In this document: in pieces, positions 26,502-44,789 of the stretch | Position numbering within the stretch: the first letter of the stretch is position 1 | Layout of the letters: every line of letters starts with the position of its first letter | NCBI GenBank assembly: GCA_964016885.1 | Contig: OZ024749.1 | Coordinates: forward strand, 54,746,001-54,810,000 | Source: Eledone cirrhosa | Lineage: Eukaryota | DNA: 64,000 nt | Direction: 5' to 3' | The notes under the pieces: model-generated | The model's input: the letters and a program-made list of their open reading frames with translations, nothing else | The model's database searches: none | Told to the model about the DNA's origin: nothing | Translations under genes and position numbers: made by a program

Positions 26502-27047
26502 GTGTGTATATATGTCTGTGTATATTTCTGTGTCCTGCATGAACCAAATGTATATAATGTATTTGTCATTATGTGTATATTTATGTTTTTGTATATAGCC
26601 ATCTAAAATCCATCGTTGAAAGCTATTAACAAGTAGTACTGCAAGAATCTTTCATCCAATTAACTACGTAGCTATTGGGAGAACGATCGACAAGTATTAC
26701 ACGTGGAAACATTATTGATAGAATATCCATTTCAAGGCAGACATATTTGAACTCATTGCTACATAATATTGTATCCATTATTTCAGTTCATTTGTTTACC
26801 GACAAAATATCTCTAAACATTATAGCAATTAGAATTCTACACATTTCAAATGAAAGCTTCCGACGTTTCATATATGCAACAGCGTGAACAAAGCAGAGTC
26901 TCTTGTTTAAAATTAGTTTCGTCTGACGCAAAGAATCTGTGTATCCAAGCAACAGTTGGCAATACTAGGTGTATTTTAAATTAATTTAAAATAAAAAAAA
27001 AAAAAAGTCTTTTAAGAAATATGTTCTCTTTATTTGCCTTCTTTTTG

Positions 27048-27650
27048 TTTCCACTTCTGCTACAATGCCAGTAATTTGAAGGAGAGGAGAAAGCTGATTA
27101 AATCGACTCCAGTGTATTACTGGTACTTTATTTTATCGACCGCGTAAGGATGAAAGGTAAAGTCAACCTTGGCGGGATTTGAAAAAGAAAACAAAATATT
27201 TGTTTCTGATTTCGGCAGAAGGCCAGCAACTTGAAGAGGGGAAATCGACTCCAGTACGTCACTGGTACTTTATTTTATCGACTTCGTAAGGATGAAAGTC
27301 AACCCTAAGTTCGTCAGGATTTGAACTCAGAACTGAAAAGCACGTGACTATATGCCGCAAAGCATGTTGTCCTACACTCTACCGATACTATCAATCCATC
27401 ACTCTTATCTGTACAATTCTATATAATATTCTATTTATTGGATATTGGTGATTGCAGAATCGGTAGAGCCTCGGACTAAATATTTTGCGATATTTAGGTA
27501 GGATTTTCTATGATCTGAGATCAAATCCCATCGAGGTCTATTTTGCCTTTCATCCTTCCTGATAGATGAAATAAAGTACCAGTTAATTACTTGGGATAGA
27601 TATCAATATTCCCTCCATTCTAAATTGCTTCCTTTGTGTTTATACCAGAA
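27048..27650. mobile_element. SINE cluster: two minus-strand copies (27048-27183, 27200-27400) and one diverged plus-strand copy (27446-27650)
   Basis: Main SINE body and B-box motifs present in each. Confidence 0.85.
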
Positions 27651-28684
27651 AACTTTATCTATTTATTATCATGGTTGTGTTGATTCCATCATTTTACTTC
27701 ATATACCCTCCATCCCATTCTCCCACTTTTTGTTGTTGTTTTACTCAGTATTTTGCCTTTGTACTGTTCCCCAATGTTGGCCCCTTGAGGCCAATAAAAG
27801 GAGGCATTCTTTGCGGCATTATTGTTGTTATAAAATAAAAAGGTTTAATAATTGTTGGGTAGATTGTCAATTCTGATAATAAAGCTCCAGTTTACTTCTT
27901 TCTTTTTTACCCATTAGATATGCAAATACTTTGAGTGATGGAAGGTTAACGGCGCCCTAAATTCTTCATTATACTCTTTTAGATATGCAAATGTTTTCGG
28001 TGATTGAAAGATTTCGGTTGTATGATTTTCGGAATAATAATCGATATATTGGTAATTGGGTGGGAGGAGTAAGAAGAATGCATGAAGGCACAGCTATGTT
28101 TTATGACAGAATATTATATAACCAATGATCACTATTGATCTGAATGTTTGTGTGCCTGTGTATTGTTGTATAATGATATTTACCCTTGATATGGTGTGTG
28201 TGGGTGTGTGTTTATGCTGCTGTGTGAGTGTTGTTGAGTATGTGTGTGTTTGTGCTACTGTGTATGTGTGATTTTGGGTTTGTCGGGTGTGTGTCTAACT
28301 TTATATAAACGCGAAACACACGCACGCACGCGCACGAGTAAGTACTGACTTTCTTTCACATTTCCTAAACGTTAGGCAAATATTCACAATTTCGACAATT
28401 TCGAGTTTTTTTTTCTTTCATTTTCCATATATATATGTATATATATATATATACACATATACATATATATATACACATATATATACACATACAATGCATG
28501 TGTGTAGTTCAAGGTTAACTATAAAAAACAGTTAAAGATTATAAACGAAACAGAAATTCCAAAAGATTTTATGAGGTTAACGTTTGTGGGAAAGGGGAAT
28601 TAAACATCTGCAACGTATCGGGCAGTAGTCTTTCATCATGCAAATATCGGGGGTGAGATGGCAGTTAGGAAATAGAACGAGGGA

Positions 28685-28717
<33 letters not shown>

Positions 28718-29777
28718 GACTAATTGTTTGTGTATGTACGTATATTATGTTTTCCTGCATAAAACGTTGCCATATTTATAGGACAGAATATTTTCTTTTG
28801 TTTAGAGATAAGGGCCACTCATGGACACCTAACACCAATTCAATTCTAAATAACATTATCTGAGCAGGCTAAGATAAATAATTTCAATAAGTATTCAAAA
28901 CTATATCATAGACTTAGGTCCCAAGAAATTTGGCATATTTTCATAGCGGCAGTAACAATTATACAATAAGGTTAGGAATATGGAATATATATGTGTTATG
29001 GCTTTGTATTATATATTGTATACAGCAACGTGTTTATAGACTATTGAAAGAAACAGTGGACAAAAGTCCTATATTTTAGAGTACGGTGGTAAAATAAAAA
29101 TAGGCAATTATATGTTTTATGCCATTCGAAACAACATTATCCTATAGAAACCACATTGCGTGAAATAAACGTTTCACGACTAACAATAATCTCTTTTTAA
29201 CTTAACACATTTTTTCCCTACAATATTAGATACAACCTAACGAACCAACATGTAAATGGTTGACCAATATGCTTGAAATAGCAACCAAATATCTCTCTAA
29301 ACATACACCACTGTCTTAAAAATGAAGCATATATTGGATATTTTGCATAACTTATGTTTGAAAAAATAAGGACAGTGGTTACGGGTGAAAATCTGTAAAT
29401 CATGTTTTCTTGAATATAGTTGACCGGAGGCTAAACAAAAGAAGCACAATATTATGCAGGGAAAATATGAAAAACAATACTGTACATGTATTTATAAAAA
29501 AATGGGTCTTTGACTTGCAATCTGCCTGAGATCGAAACCGGTTATCGTATTCAGCGAATTCTTGCTTTTCATTTGTAGTGTATAAAATATTGTATAATGT
29601 ATAAATGGTTTTGAGTAGTGTGCATGTGTTGATCATCATACCGCTTCAGAGAACATTAGTAGTATAAGTAACGCGCATGCGTTGAGCACAGGAACTGATC
29701 TTGTCACTGATTCTCGACTAGCTGAATACTTACTGGATACGCATGAAATTCGGTGAAATATTGACACGCTTAAGTTG

Positions 29778-29854
<77 letters not shown>

Positions 29855-30306
29855 TGTATTGTCACAAAGTCTAAACTAAGTAAAGAGACCAAATACTGCG
29901 TAAAGGTAGAGGTCGCAATTACTCAATTGATTTTGGTTGGAATCCTATTCGAGCTATCAATGCCTGACACGAGGTCAGTTGCTCTGGAGATAGAACTTTA
30001 TCACTACTTTAACACCAAATCTGCTGACTGCGTAAAATCGTTAAGAGTGGATTAAAAGGTTAGCGTGATGGAGATGTGCGCTTCTGGCAGTATAGACTTT
30101 ATAGTACTAACACTGCAATGTTGCTTGAGGGGGGGGGGGGGGGGGTTAAGAGCTGATCTTCACTAACAAATAAAGATGTGATGCTGTATTGATTGTAAAA
30201 TTCTTTGGAAGATTTCTTCCCGCCAAATTTAATTGATATTTATCAACACATTTGGCCATGTAAGGTCTTGTTTACTCAAAAGTTAATATTAATGTCTAAT
30301 CTATTC

Positions 30307-30337
<31 letters not shown>

Positions 30338-30531
30338 GGTTTAATTGAATCAACGTGGTATTATGACTATTTATTGAAAAGTCTATTGATTTTGATATTA
30401 GTTTAGTGAAGTGTTTTTAACGTTATCACTAATATTCCTACAGCAGTAGAGAAGACTAAATATTTTGAGATTGGGATATAAAAAAAGAACACTGAACAGA
30501 TGCCGAATTTTCGGACTTTTAACCGCTGAGA

Positions 30532-30566
<35 letters not shown>

Positions 30567-30574
30567 TACATACA

Positions 30575-30640
30575 CGAGGGTCAGCTTAAAAGTTCATAAA
30601 ACTGACCAAGATATTCTGATGGAATGACCAAATGAGGTTT
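30575..30640 (-). mobile_element. Terminal fragment of the mariner-type MITE seen at 763-1092
   Basis: cgagggtcagcttaaaagttcata...gaccaagatattct.atgg.atgaccaaatgaggttt is the reverse complement of ~1028-1092. Confidence 0.75.
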
Positions 30641-30649
30641 GATCCGACG

Positions 30650-30845
30650 TGGGTTGACGGATTCATTAGAGCGTCGGACAAAATACTTTCTAGCTTTTAG
30701 TTACGGCCCTTTACGTTCTGAGCTCAAATTTCGTAGAGTTCAGCTTTGCCATTTTTATCCTTTCGGAGTCGATAGAATAAAGTACTAGTCAAGAACTTTG
30801 TTTGATTTAATCGATTTGCTGGCATTATGCCTAAATTAGAAATCA
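30650..30845 (+). mobile_element. Diverged SINE (main family)
   Basis: agttacggccctttacgttctgagctcaaat...atcctttcggagtcgatagaataaagtac. Confidence 0.8.
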
Positions 30846-32204
30846 GTTTTTTATTATCCAATATTTCTAATTTTTTTCAAAGGTTACTCTTTGTGTGATT
30901 TGAGGCATGGTGTAGCTCTTATTTCTTGTAGATCGAACTAGACATTTTATTCAAATTAACACAAACTAAGATCGAACATAGGAACTCGTAATTGTGAAAG
31001 AACTTAACTATTTATCCTCTCAAGCCAATGCCCATTACATGATGTCTACGCCTCGCGCGTTTCCATCCATACATAAATACATTCATATATGCTTTGCATA
31101 CATGGACACACATATTTGCATACATGTATACACACATACATGGATACATACACATTCGGCTGGTGAATTTCTCTCTAGAGACACACAGATAAGGGTCCGC
31201 AATAAATAATCTTCTTCAACAAATCTGTGAACATCCTTCAGTTAAATATTGCATGTAAGTATTAGTTAGCTCGATACAACGACCAAAGTATAATATGTCC
31301 TGGAGAATAGCTGGATCGTTCATTCGACATACAATTTCAATTGTTTCCAAATGCTAAAATCTGATACATCGTAAGCCGTTCTAGAGAATACACGTTTTGC
31401 CAATATATCATTCATTATCATAAGGCGTCGACTTTCCTTGTACAGCGAATGCTAACACTATTGTTAACTTTAATTTCCTCAGTTACATGCACGAAGGAAG
31501 TTGATGTATAAAGCGTCATAGAAATATATTTGCACACTTAGTGTGAGTAAAAAGCACACATCGATATAATATATGTGTGTGGATGTGTGTGTGTGGGTGT
31601 GTGTGTGTGTGTGGATGTGTGTGTGTGTGTATATGGATGTGTATCTGTATATATGTATATATAGAAGGAAGCTGGTCTGAAAACATGCATGTTTCACTGA
31701 GTGGTCTGTTTGCAAATTGTTAATAGAAATCTTTCTTCTATGTGAAATGTTGAAACTGTTCCTTGCTGACATCTGACTGAGTGTAAGGGAGGGAATGAGT
31801 CATCTGCGAGTTGATTTCTTTCATTGATCTACAACAAAACTTGCTGTCCGATTCATATTATATAAGCAGCAGCAGCAGTATGAGTAGTAGTTGGAGGAGA
31901 AGCTACACTATCACTAGCATCTCCAGCGCCAACGACTATACCACAACTATGCCAACACCAAACACCACTATGACTATCATAACAACTACCACAACCACCA
32001 GCGCCACCACTACCAATAACACCAAACACCACTATGACTATCATAGCAACTACCACGATTACCTCAACCACCAGCGCCACCACAACCACCAGCGCCACCA
32101 CTACCAACAAGTAAAAGAACTAGTCTGGATTGCTAGATGTTATTCCCATTATTTTCATCAACAAATTAAGCAGAGCAAGAGAATCGATACTGTCTCACTG
32201 GAAT

Positions 32205-38214
<6,010 letters not shown>

Positions 38215-38338
38215 ACACGATACTTAACGCCAATGTACTTTACCTTCAAGCAGCAGATGTGAATGTCTAGACCAGTTGAACGAACGATTTTCAAAGAAAG
38301 ATATAGAAAAGAGAAAATATTCAAAACGTCTACACACG

Positions 38339-38395
<57 letters not shown>

Positions 38396-38489
38396 TGTGT
38401 GTGTGTATGCATGCATTTACACATACAAGCATGTTTGTTTTTGTGTGTGTGTGTATATATGTGTGTGCAACATCAATGAGATCAACATA

Positions 38490-39128
38490 TACACTACTAC
38501 CACTACTACCACCATCACTACTGACACCACAACCACCACCACTGCTGCTGCTACCACTACTACTACTACTACCACTACCAGCACCAGCACCACTGCCGCT
38601 GCTACTACTACTACCACCACCACCACTACTACCGCTACTACTACCACTACTACTATCACTACTACCACCATCACTACTTCTATCCGCACCACTACCACCA
38701 CTACCACTACTACTATTACTACTACCACCACCACAACCACCACCACCACCACCACCACCACCACCACTACCACCACCACCACTACCACCACCACTACCAC
38801 TACCACTACCACCACCACTACCACTACCACCACCACTACCACTACCACCACCACCACCACCACCACTACCACCACTACCACCACCACTACCACTACCACC
38901 ACCACCACCACCACCACCACTACCACCACTACCACCACCACCACCACCACCACTACCACTACCACTACCACCACCACTACCACCACCACCACTACCACCA
39001 CCACCACCACCACTACCACCACTACCACCACCACTACCACTACTACCACCACCACCACCACCACTACCACCACTACTACCACCACTACCACCACTACCAC
39101 TACCACTACCCCCACCACTACCACCACA
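38490..39128. repeat. (ACC/ACT)n trinucleotide array
   Basis: Read directly. Confidence 0.95.
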
Positions 39129-39319
39129 GTAGCAGCCTATAAAGTCGAAACAACGACCCAAAGTTTTCCAGTATAGGACACGACATGGCAACAGTTGCAG
39201 TGTTGTAGGAGAAGCCTTGATGATGATGATGATTTATCGATCTATTGTTCAATATCATAACTATGGCAAAATTGTGATCAATACTGGTGACACAGTATGT
39301 AGTATATATAGCATTGATT

Positions 39320-40070
39320 CGGTTGTTGTTGTTGTGGTGGTGGTGGTGGTGGTGGCTGTGGTTGTTCTTGTGGTGGCTGTGGTTGTTGTTGTTGTTGTGG
39401 TGGTGGTGGCTGTAATTGTTGTTGTTGTTGTGATTGTTGTGGTGGTGGCTGTGGTGGTTGTTGTTGTGGTGGCTGTTGTTGTTGTTGTTGTTGTGGTGGC
39501 TGTAATTGTTGTTGTTGTGGTGGTGGTTATTGTTGTTGTGGTGGTGGCTGTTGTTGTTGTTGTGGTGGTGGCTGTGGTTGTTGTTGTGGTGGTGGCTGTG
39601 GTTGTTGTTGTGGTGGTGGCTGTGGTTGTTGTTGTGGTGGTGGCTGTAATTGTTGTTGTTGTTGTGATTGTTGTGGTGGTGGCTGTTGTTGTTGTTGTTG
39701 TTGTGGTGGCTGTAATTGTTGTTGTTGTGGTGGTGGTTATTGTTGTTGTGGTGGTGGCTGTTGTTGTTGTTGTGGTGGTGGTGGCTGTGGTGGTTGTTGT
39801 GATGGTGGCTGTGGTGGTTGTTGTTGTGGTGGCTGTGGTGGCTGTGGTTGTTGTGATGGTGGCTGTGGTTGTTGTGGTGGCGGCTGTGATTGTTATTGCG
39901 GCGGCGGCGGCGGTTGTGGTGGTGGTGGTGGTTGTGGAGGTGGCTGTGGTGGTGGTGGTGGCTGTGGTGGTGGCTGTGGTTGTTGTGGTGGTGATGGCTG
40001 TGGTTGTTGTTGTTGTGGTGGTGGCTGTGGTTGTTGTGGTGGTGGCTGTTGTAGTTTTTGTTGTTGTACT
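39320..40070. repeat. (GTG/GTT/GCT)n trinucleotide array with higher-order repeats
   Basis: Read directly; recurring gctgtaattgtt units. Confidence 0.95.
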
Positions 40071-40289
40071 GTAGCTGTTTTGTTGTTATTGCTGTTGTTT
40101 CTGTTCTTTGTTGTTGTTGGTTGCTGTTGGTTGCTGCAGCAATGCCACACATATTATGAGTATTGCGGTTGTTTCTGATATTGCTGCTGCATAATTTTAC
40201 TATGGCAGTGCTGCTGAGCTGAGATGTTGCTGCTGTTACATAAATTTTGTGTGGTTCTGCTGCTGAGGAGTTGCTACCATTGTTGTTGT

Positions 40290-40770
40290 TACTGCACAAT
40301 CAACTGCTGCTGTACCACAACTGTTGCTGGTGCTGCTGCTGATACTCTTACCGTTGCTGATAGTGTTGGTGTGACTGCTGCTGCAGCCAACTGTTGCTTG
40401 TGCTGCTGCCGATACTCCTGCTGTTATTGCTGCTGCTGCTGTACCACAACTGTTGCTGTTGCTATCGCTGCTAAACAATAAACTGCTGCTGTACCACAAC
40501 TGTTGCTTGCTGCTGCTGTTGCACAATCAACTGCTGCTGTACCACAACTGTTGCTTGCTGTTGCACAATCAACTGCTGCTGTACCACAACTGTTGCTGTT
40601 GCTATCGCTGCTGCACAATCAACTGCTGCTGTACCACAACTGTTGCTTGCTGTTGCACAATCAACTGCTGCTGTACCACAACTGTTGCTGCTGCAGACAG
40701 TAGTGTTTTGATGTTATTGTTGCTGCTGCTACAGAAATGACTGCGTCTGTACAACTGTTGCTTGCTTGTT
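40290..40770. repeat. ~35-50-bp minisatellite in a CTG/TTG-rich tract
   Basis: Core gcacaatcaactgctgctgtaccacaactgttgct occurs about 7 times. Confidence 0.9.
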
Positions 40771-41356
40771 AGCAACAGTTGTTGTTGTTGTTGATGTCGC
40801 TATTGTTGCTGCTGCTTCATTTATACCGGACTTGAAGAGAACACTGCTGCTGCTACTACTACTACCATTACTACTACTACCACCACCATTACTACTACTA
40901 GTGCCACCCCCCCACTACTACCACCACCACCACCACCACTACTACTACTAATCTCTATTACAGTAAATACTTATGTTGCTAATTATGTCCGTTAAACTAA
41001 TGATGTATTACAGCCGTTTACCATCTATATAACCACTGGTGATAACTGCTGAAGGTGGTGGTGGTAATGGTGGTGATGATGATGATGATATTGATGATAG
41101 TGATGGTAGTGATGGTAATAATGGTGACGGTGATAATATTATTGTCCAGTATGATGACGGTCTCTGAGAGGTTGATAAAAAAAAAAAAAGTATCAATGGA
41201 ATACTGGGGTTGATTTTCTTCCTATTTCTGTCTGTTTTATACCCCCCTCACCCCCACTGAGAGAGAAAGAGATGTGTGTACGCGTGTGTGTGTCTTCGTG
41301 TTGAGCTAAATTATAAAGAATCTAAGAATAGACATCTTAATATAACTTTCGTTAAA

Positions 41357-41397
<41 letters not shown>

Positions 41398-41861
41398 CTT
41401 CCTTCCGCTAGTCTCAATTGATTATTGTCTATCGATTATCTAAAGATTCAGCGACTGGGGAGACAAACAGTTAGGTGAAACATGTACATATTACTTATTT
41501 ACAATGAGCCAAATAAGACAGCTCCTGTAAGAAAAACAGAGCTAATATGTTTTTATTGATGTTATCGTTCGTGTTAATAACGGACACTGACGGTGACAAC
41601 CAGGAAAACTACCGGAGCAAGCAAACAATTCTTATTTGGTTATTCATGAAAAAGATTGGTTTATGTATGTACTCCTAAGAAAAGTGTGTGTGTGTGTGTA
41701 AATATATATATAGATAGATATATAGATAAGCAAAGGGATATTTAATTTGTTGGTAAATCAACAAATATATATATTTATAACAGATTCGAAGCACTCGACA
41801 GTCTTTCTGGAGTATAACATCAATGAGATTAATAAATGGAAACTATATTTATAAAACCATA

Positions 41862-41922
41862 TTTATTATTATATATATTTCAAGGGTACCAAAACTTTGG
41901 TACGCTCTCATCAGATAAAATA
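41862..41922 (-). ncRNA. Mirror-copy hammerhead motif in the left arm
   Basis: Same core on the minus strand; the 3' strand of stem I lacks 2 nt relative to the right-arm copy, so it pairs more weakly. Confidence 0.65.
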
Positions 41923-42002
41923 CAAAGTTTGACTATCCAGGTAGAACTTGAACCGTTAAGGTCTAATTCCTAGATATGTCAATATTTATAAAACAAACTT
42001 TG

Positions 42003-42063
42003 TATTTTATCTGATGAGAGCGTACCAAAGTTTTGGTACCCTTGAAATATATATAATAGAATA
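42003..42063 (+). ncRNA. Minimal type I hammerhead ribozyme, best-preserved copy in the window
   Basis: UAUUUUAU-CUGAUGA-GAGcGUACCAAAguUUUGGUACcCUU-GAAA-UAUAUA-UA-AUAGAAUA: 8-bp stem I, long stem II with G-U at its base, palindromic stem III, predicted cleavage after 42055. Confidence 0.8.
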
Positions 42064-42123
42064 AATATGGTTTTATAAATATAGTTTCCATTTATTAATA
42101 TCATTGATATACATATATATATA

Positions 42124-42289
42124 ACGAAGGAAGTGTGGTAAGGAACCAGGTGGACCATAACGTAGTAGAGTGGGTAACAGGAAAATAGTCAGGACCCCGA
42201 CGGCAGAGCCCGAGCCGTTCCGACAGCTATTTCAGGACTGCGATAGCTGTCGAAACGGCTTGAACGCTGTCGTCGGGGTTCTCTTTTCC
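42124..42289 (-). mobile_element. Family A fold-back element, copy 3 (tail on the left)
   Basis: ggaccccgacggc...gacagctat-loop-atagctgtcgaaacggcttga...gtcggggtt; the left tail is the reverse complement of the family A tail but lacks the gtattgagta segment. Confidence 0.85.
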
Positions 42290-42960
42290 TATATATATAT
42301 ATATATATATATATGTCAGGTCACCAGTTGGTGCTACTGGTAACATGTATCCCAGTACAACTTGTCCCATGGTCGGGTCGTTGGCGACTAAACTGGCAAC
42401 CCCACCAAGTTTTCTTGGTGAGGAGGGTGACTTTGGACATCCTGCACGACTAAAAACAGAACCTGTCATTGGGAAAAGGAGCTCTTAAGAGTCAATGGCC
42501 ATCCAAAATCAACGGGAGAGATGACCCCTTAGCCTTTGTCAAGGCAGAATTCTAGGAGAAGGAAAACTCTGATATAACACCTGCAACCCTGATGGTATCC
42601 AATGATGTTGACTTGTTCTTCTTTTTGGTAAATATCATCTTGGTTAAGAGAGTGGGACTGGCTTTGTGCAGTGCCTTTGCTCAGTATAAAAGCTTCACGG
42701 CACAGGCATTGCTTTATATCTGGAGATCTCTCTGCACTTGTCGTCACATGGTACCATGGGCCCAGCACTATGTGTCAATAATTGTCACAAGTGTAGTGTT
42801 TGTACCAGAGTGTTCAAGTCGCTGGCTGGACTAAAAAGTCACACTCGTTTAACGCGTGGATATAAAGTAGTGGCCGTACTCAAAGACGAGTTGGCAGCCA
42901 CCATATATATATAAAGGGAACAAAGAATCAGTGTTGCATCATATATATATATTTAATTAG

Positions 42961-43048
42961 ATATTACATATGTTTCATTATCGATCAGCTCGAGGAACGA
43001 TCTATTAATGTTCAAACCCGACTGTGGAATCGGAAGCTCCTCAGATAT
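42961..43048 (-). ncRNA. Family G hammerhead motif (element ~42913-43055)
   Basis: Minus strand: AUAU-CUGAGGA-long imperfect stem II-GAAA-CAUAUG-UA-AUAU; palindromic stem III; tail gatgcaacactgattct runs into (TA)n. Confidence 0.65.
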
Positions 43049-43194
43049 GTTATAACATGTAGGCTCGCGTCTATAAATTAAACAAAACAAAACAAAACAA
43101 ACACAGGAATACAAAAATACAGTTATATTAGGTTCACGCTTGGAGGCAGTGGAGAAGGGTTTAACGTTTCATACAGAAGTACTTCAACAATAAA

Positions 43195-43241
<47 letters not shown>

Positions 43242-43286
43242 CACATAAGAAACGGAGAATCAGTGTTGCAACGAATAACATTTATT

Positions 43287-43383
43287 AGACATACTACAAT
43301 CGTTTCTCTGGCGACCAGATCGAAGCACGATCGATATAATGATCGAACCTGGCTCTGAAATCGCAAGGTCCTCAGATACGTCT
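43287..43383 (-). ncRNA. Family G hammerhead motif (element ~43241-43395)
   Basis: Minus strand: AGACGUAU-CUGAGGA-branched stem II-GAAA-CgauuG-UA-GUAUGUCU (8-bp stem I with two G-U pairs), then AAUAAA and tail ttgcaacactgattct. Confidence 0.7.
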
Positions 43384-43413
43384 CGATTCTACGAAGCAGG
43401 GTTTCCAAATATA

Positions 43414-43453
<40 letters not shown>

Positions 43454-43465
43454 TATATATATATA

Positions 43466-44013
43466 TATCCATGTGCAACCTGCAGTATTCTTCTCCCCTT
43501 TTTTTCACATATATTTACCTAAACTGCGATTCTGTTTTTCTCTCTCTCTCTCTTACTGCTCCCTCGTTCTCTCCGTTTCTCCTACTTTCTTTCGCCCCCT
43601 CTGTCATGTCAGTTAACTCTTCCTCACACTTTCACTCACTCACTGTTTCTCCCCTTCTCACTTCACCCCGTTCGCGACGAATACATTTTCCTTCTTTCCT
43701 ACATTTGGATTCACCTCGAAAGGTCTTTTTTCTAAGCGCTCATATATTCACCCAGCTTATGCTGACAGAATAACTATGTAGCTTGTTTCCTTCCTATCTA
43801 CGGTTAGCTTTCCTCTTTGTTGTTTACTTGTCTCACTCGCTTTACGCGTTTTAATTGTCCTAATAACTTAATTTAGTTATTATTGCACCAACGTGAGGTA
43901 TATGATTTTTAATGCAATGAAATATCTATGATCGTTGGCAAATCACTGATGAGGGACTCATTTTATAACATGTTATCCATGTGCAACCTGCAGTATTCTT
44001 CTTCCCATTTTTT

Positions 44014-44016
<3 letters not shown>
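43466..44016 (+). mobile_element. ~550-bp unclassified element bounded by ~43-bp direct repeats, inside (TA)n
   Basis: tatccatgtgcaacctgcagtattcttct.ccc.tttttt(t)caca at 43466 and 43974; the interior matches 8856-9005. Confidence 0.7.
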
Positions 44017-44103
<87 letters not shown>

Positions 44104-44106
<3 letters not shown>

Positions 44107-44232
44107 AGTTACCAAGTTGCCAGCTAAAACCAAGAAGACCATATTCAGTTAAGTACTCAGTAGTAGGGAAAGTATAGAGTATGCTTTGTAAAGCCTTTGT
44201 ACCCGAAGGTTGAACTCAAGCCGTTTCGACGG
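44104..44232 (-). mobile_element. Family A-related insert truncated at stem II, without fold-back
   Basis: Minus strand gccgtc-GAAA-cggcttgagttcaaccttcggg...ctactgagta...tatggtcttcttggtt, then (TA)n. Confidence 0.6.
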
Positions 44233-44259
44233 CGCGCGCGTGCGTGCGTGCGTGCGTGC

Positions 44260-44293
<34 letters not shown>

Positions 44294-44300
<7 letters not shown>

Positions 44301-44387
44301 AAAAATGTATACACACTTTGATTACCTGTACTGGCAATATTTATTAGAATGCTGTAAAACTGTACACATTTTTTAGGGGCACCCTCT
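44294..44387. mobile_element. Short Tc1/mariner-like MITE
   Basis: gtgtcccaaaaatgtatacaca...tgtacacattttttaggggcaccct. Confidence 0.75.
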
Positions 44388-44789
44388 ATATATATATATA
44401 TATATATTATATATAATGTGTGTGTATATATGTATATTCATGTCTGTATGTATGAATATACACATGTATATATATTCGTTGTTGGAATCTATATTAGGAT
44501 AACAATCATTATTAGAGAGTTTGGAGTAAGTTCAGCACAGATCAGCAGTGTCATTCATCCTGTCAATCAAATATGTCTGTATGTCTAGCTGAACAATTTC
44601 CATTGTTATCTTTCATGTTCACAAAACTTCCTTTCCTATTTATATTTTATATATTCCCACCTATAAACAGTCCAACTATTGTATTTACTTTAACATCGTG
44701 TCTAGTTTTTTTCTTTCTTTCTGTGGTTATAATTGGTATCATCATCATCGTCGTCGTCAATAGCTGCCCCCGTCGACATTATCATCATT

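Larger units (their letters stand above)
41781..42109. mobile_element. Family C inverted-pLTR-like element with two divergent complete HHR cores
   Basis: ~112-bp arms at 41819-41930 and 41995-42109, ~64-bp spacer, unique ~38-bp tail on the left; TA-rich flanks. Confidence 0.85.

Noticed and set aside
29670-29745. GCGCATGCG (NRF1-like site) and ATACTTACTGG (U1-like start)
   Set aside because: Isolated short matches; no U1 body or promoter context.
39118-40740. His/Asn-rich and poly-Val ORFs
   Set aside because: Trinucleotide and minisatellite translations.
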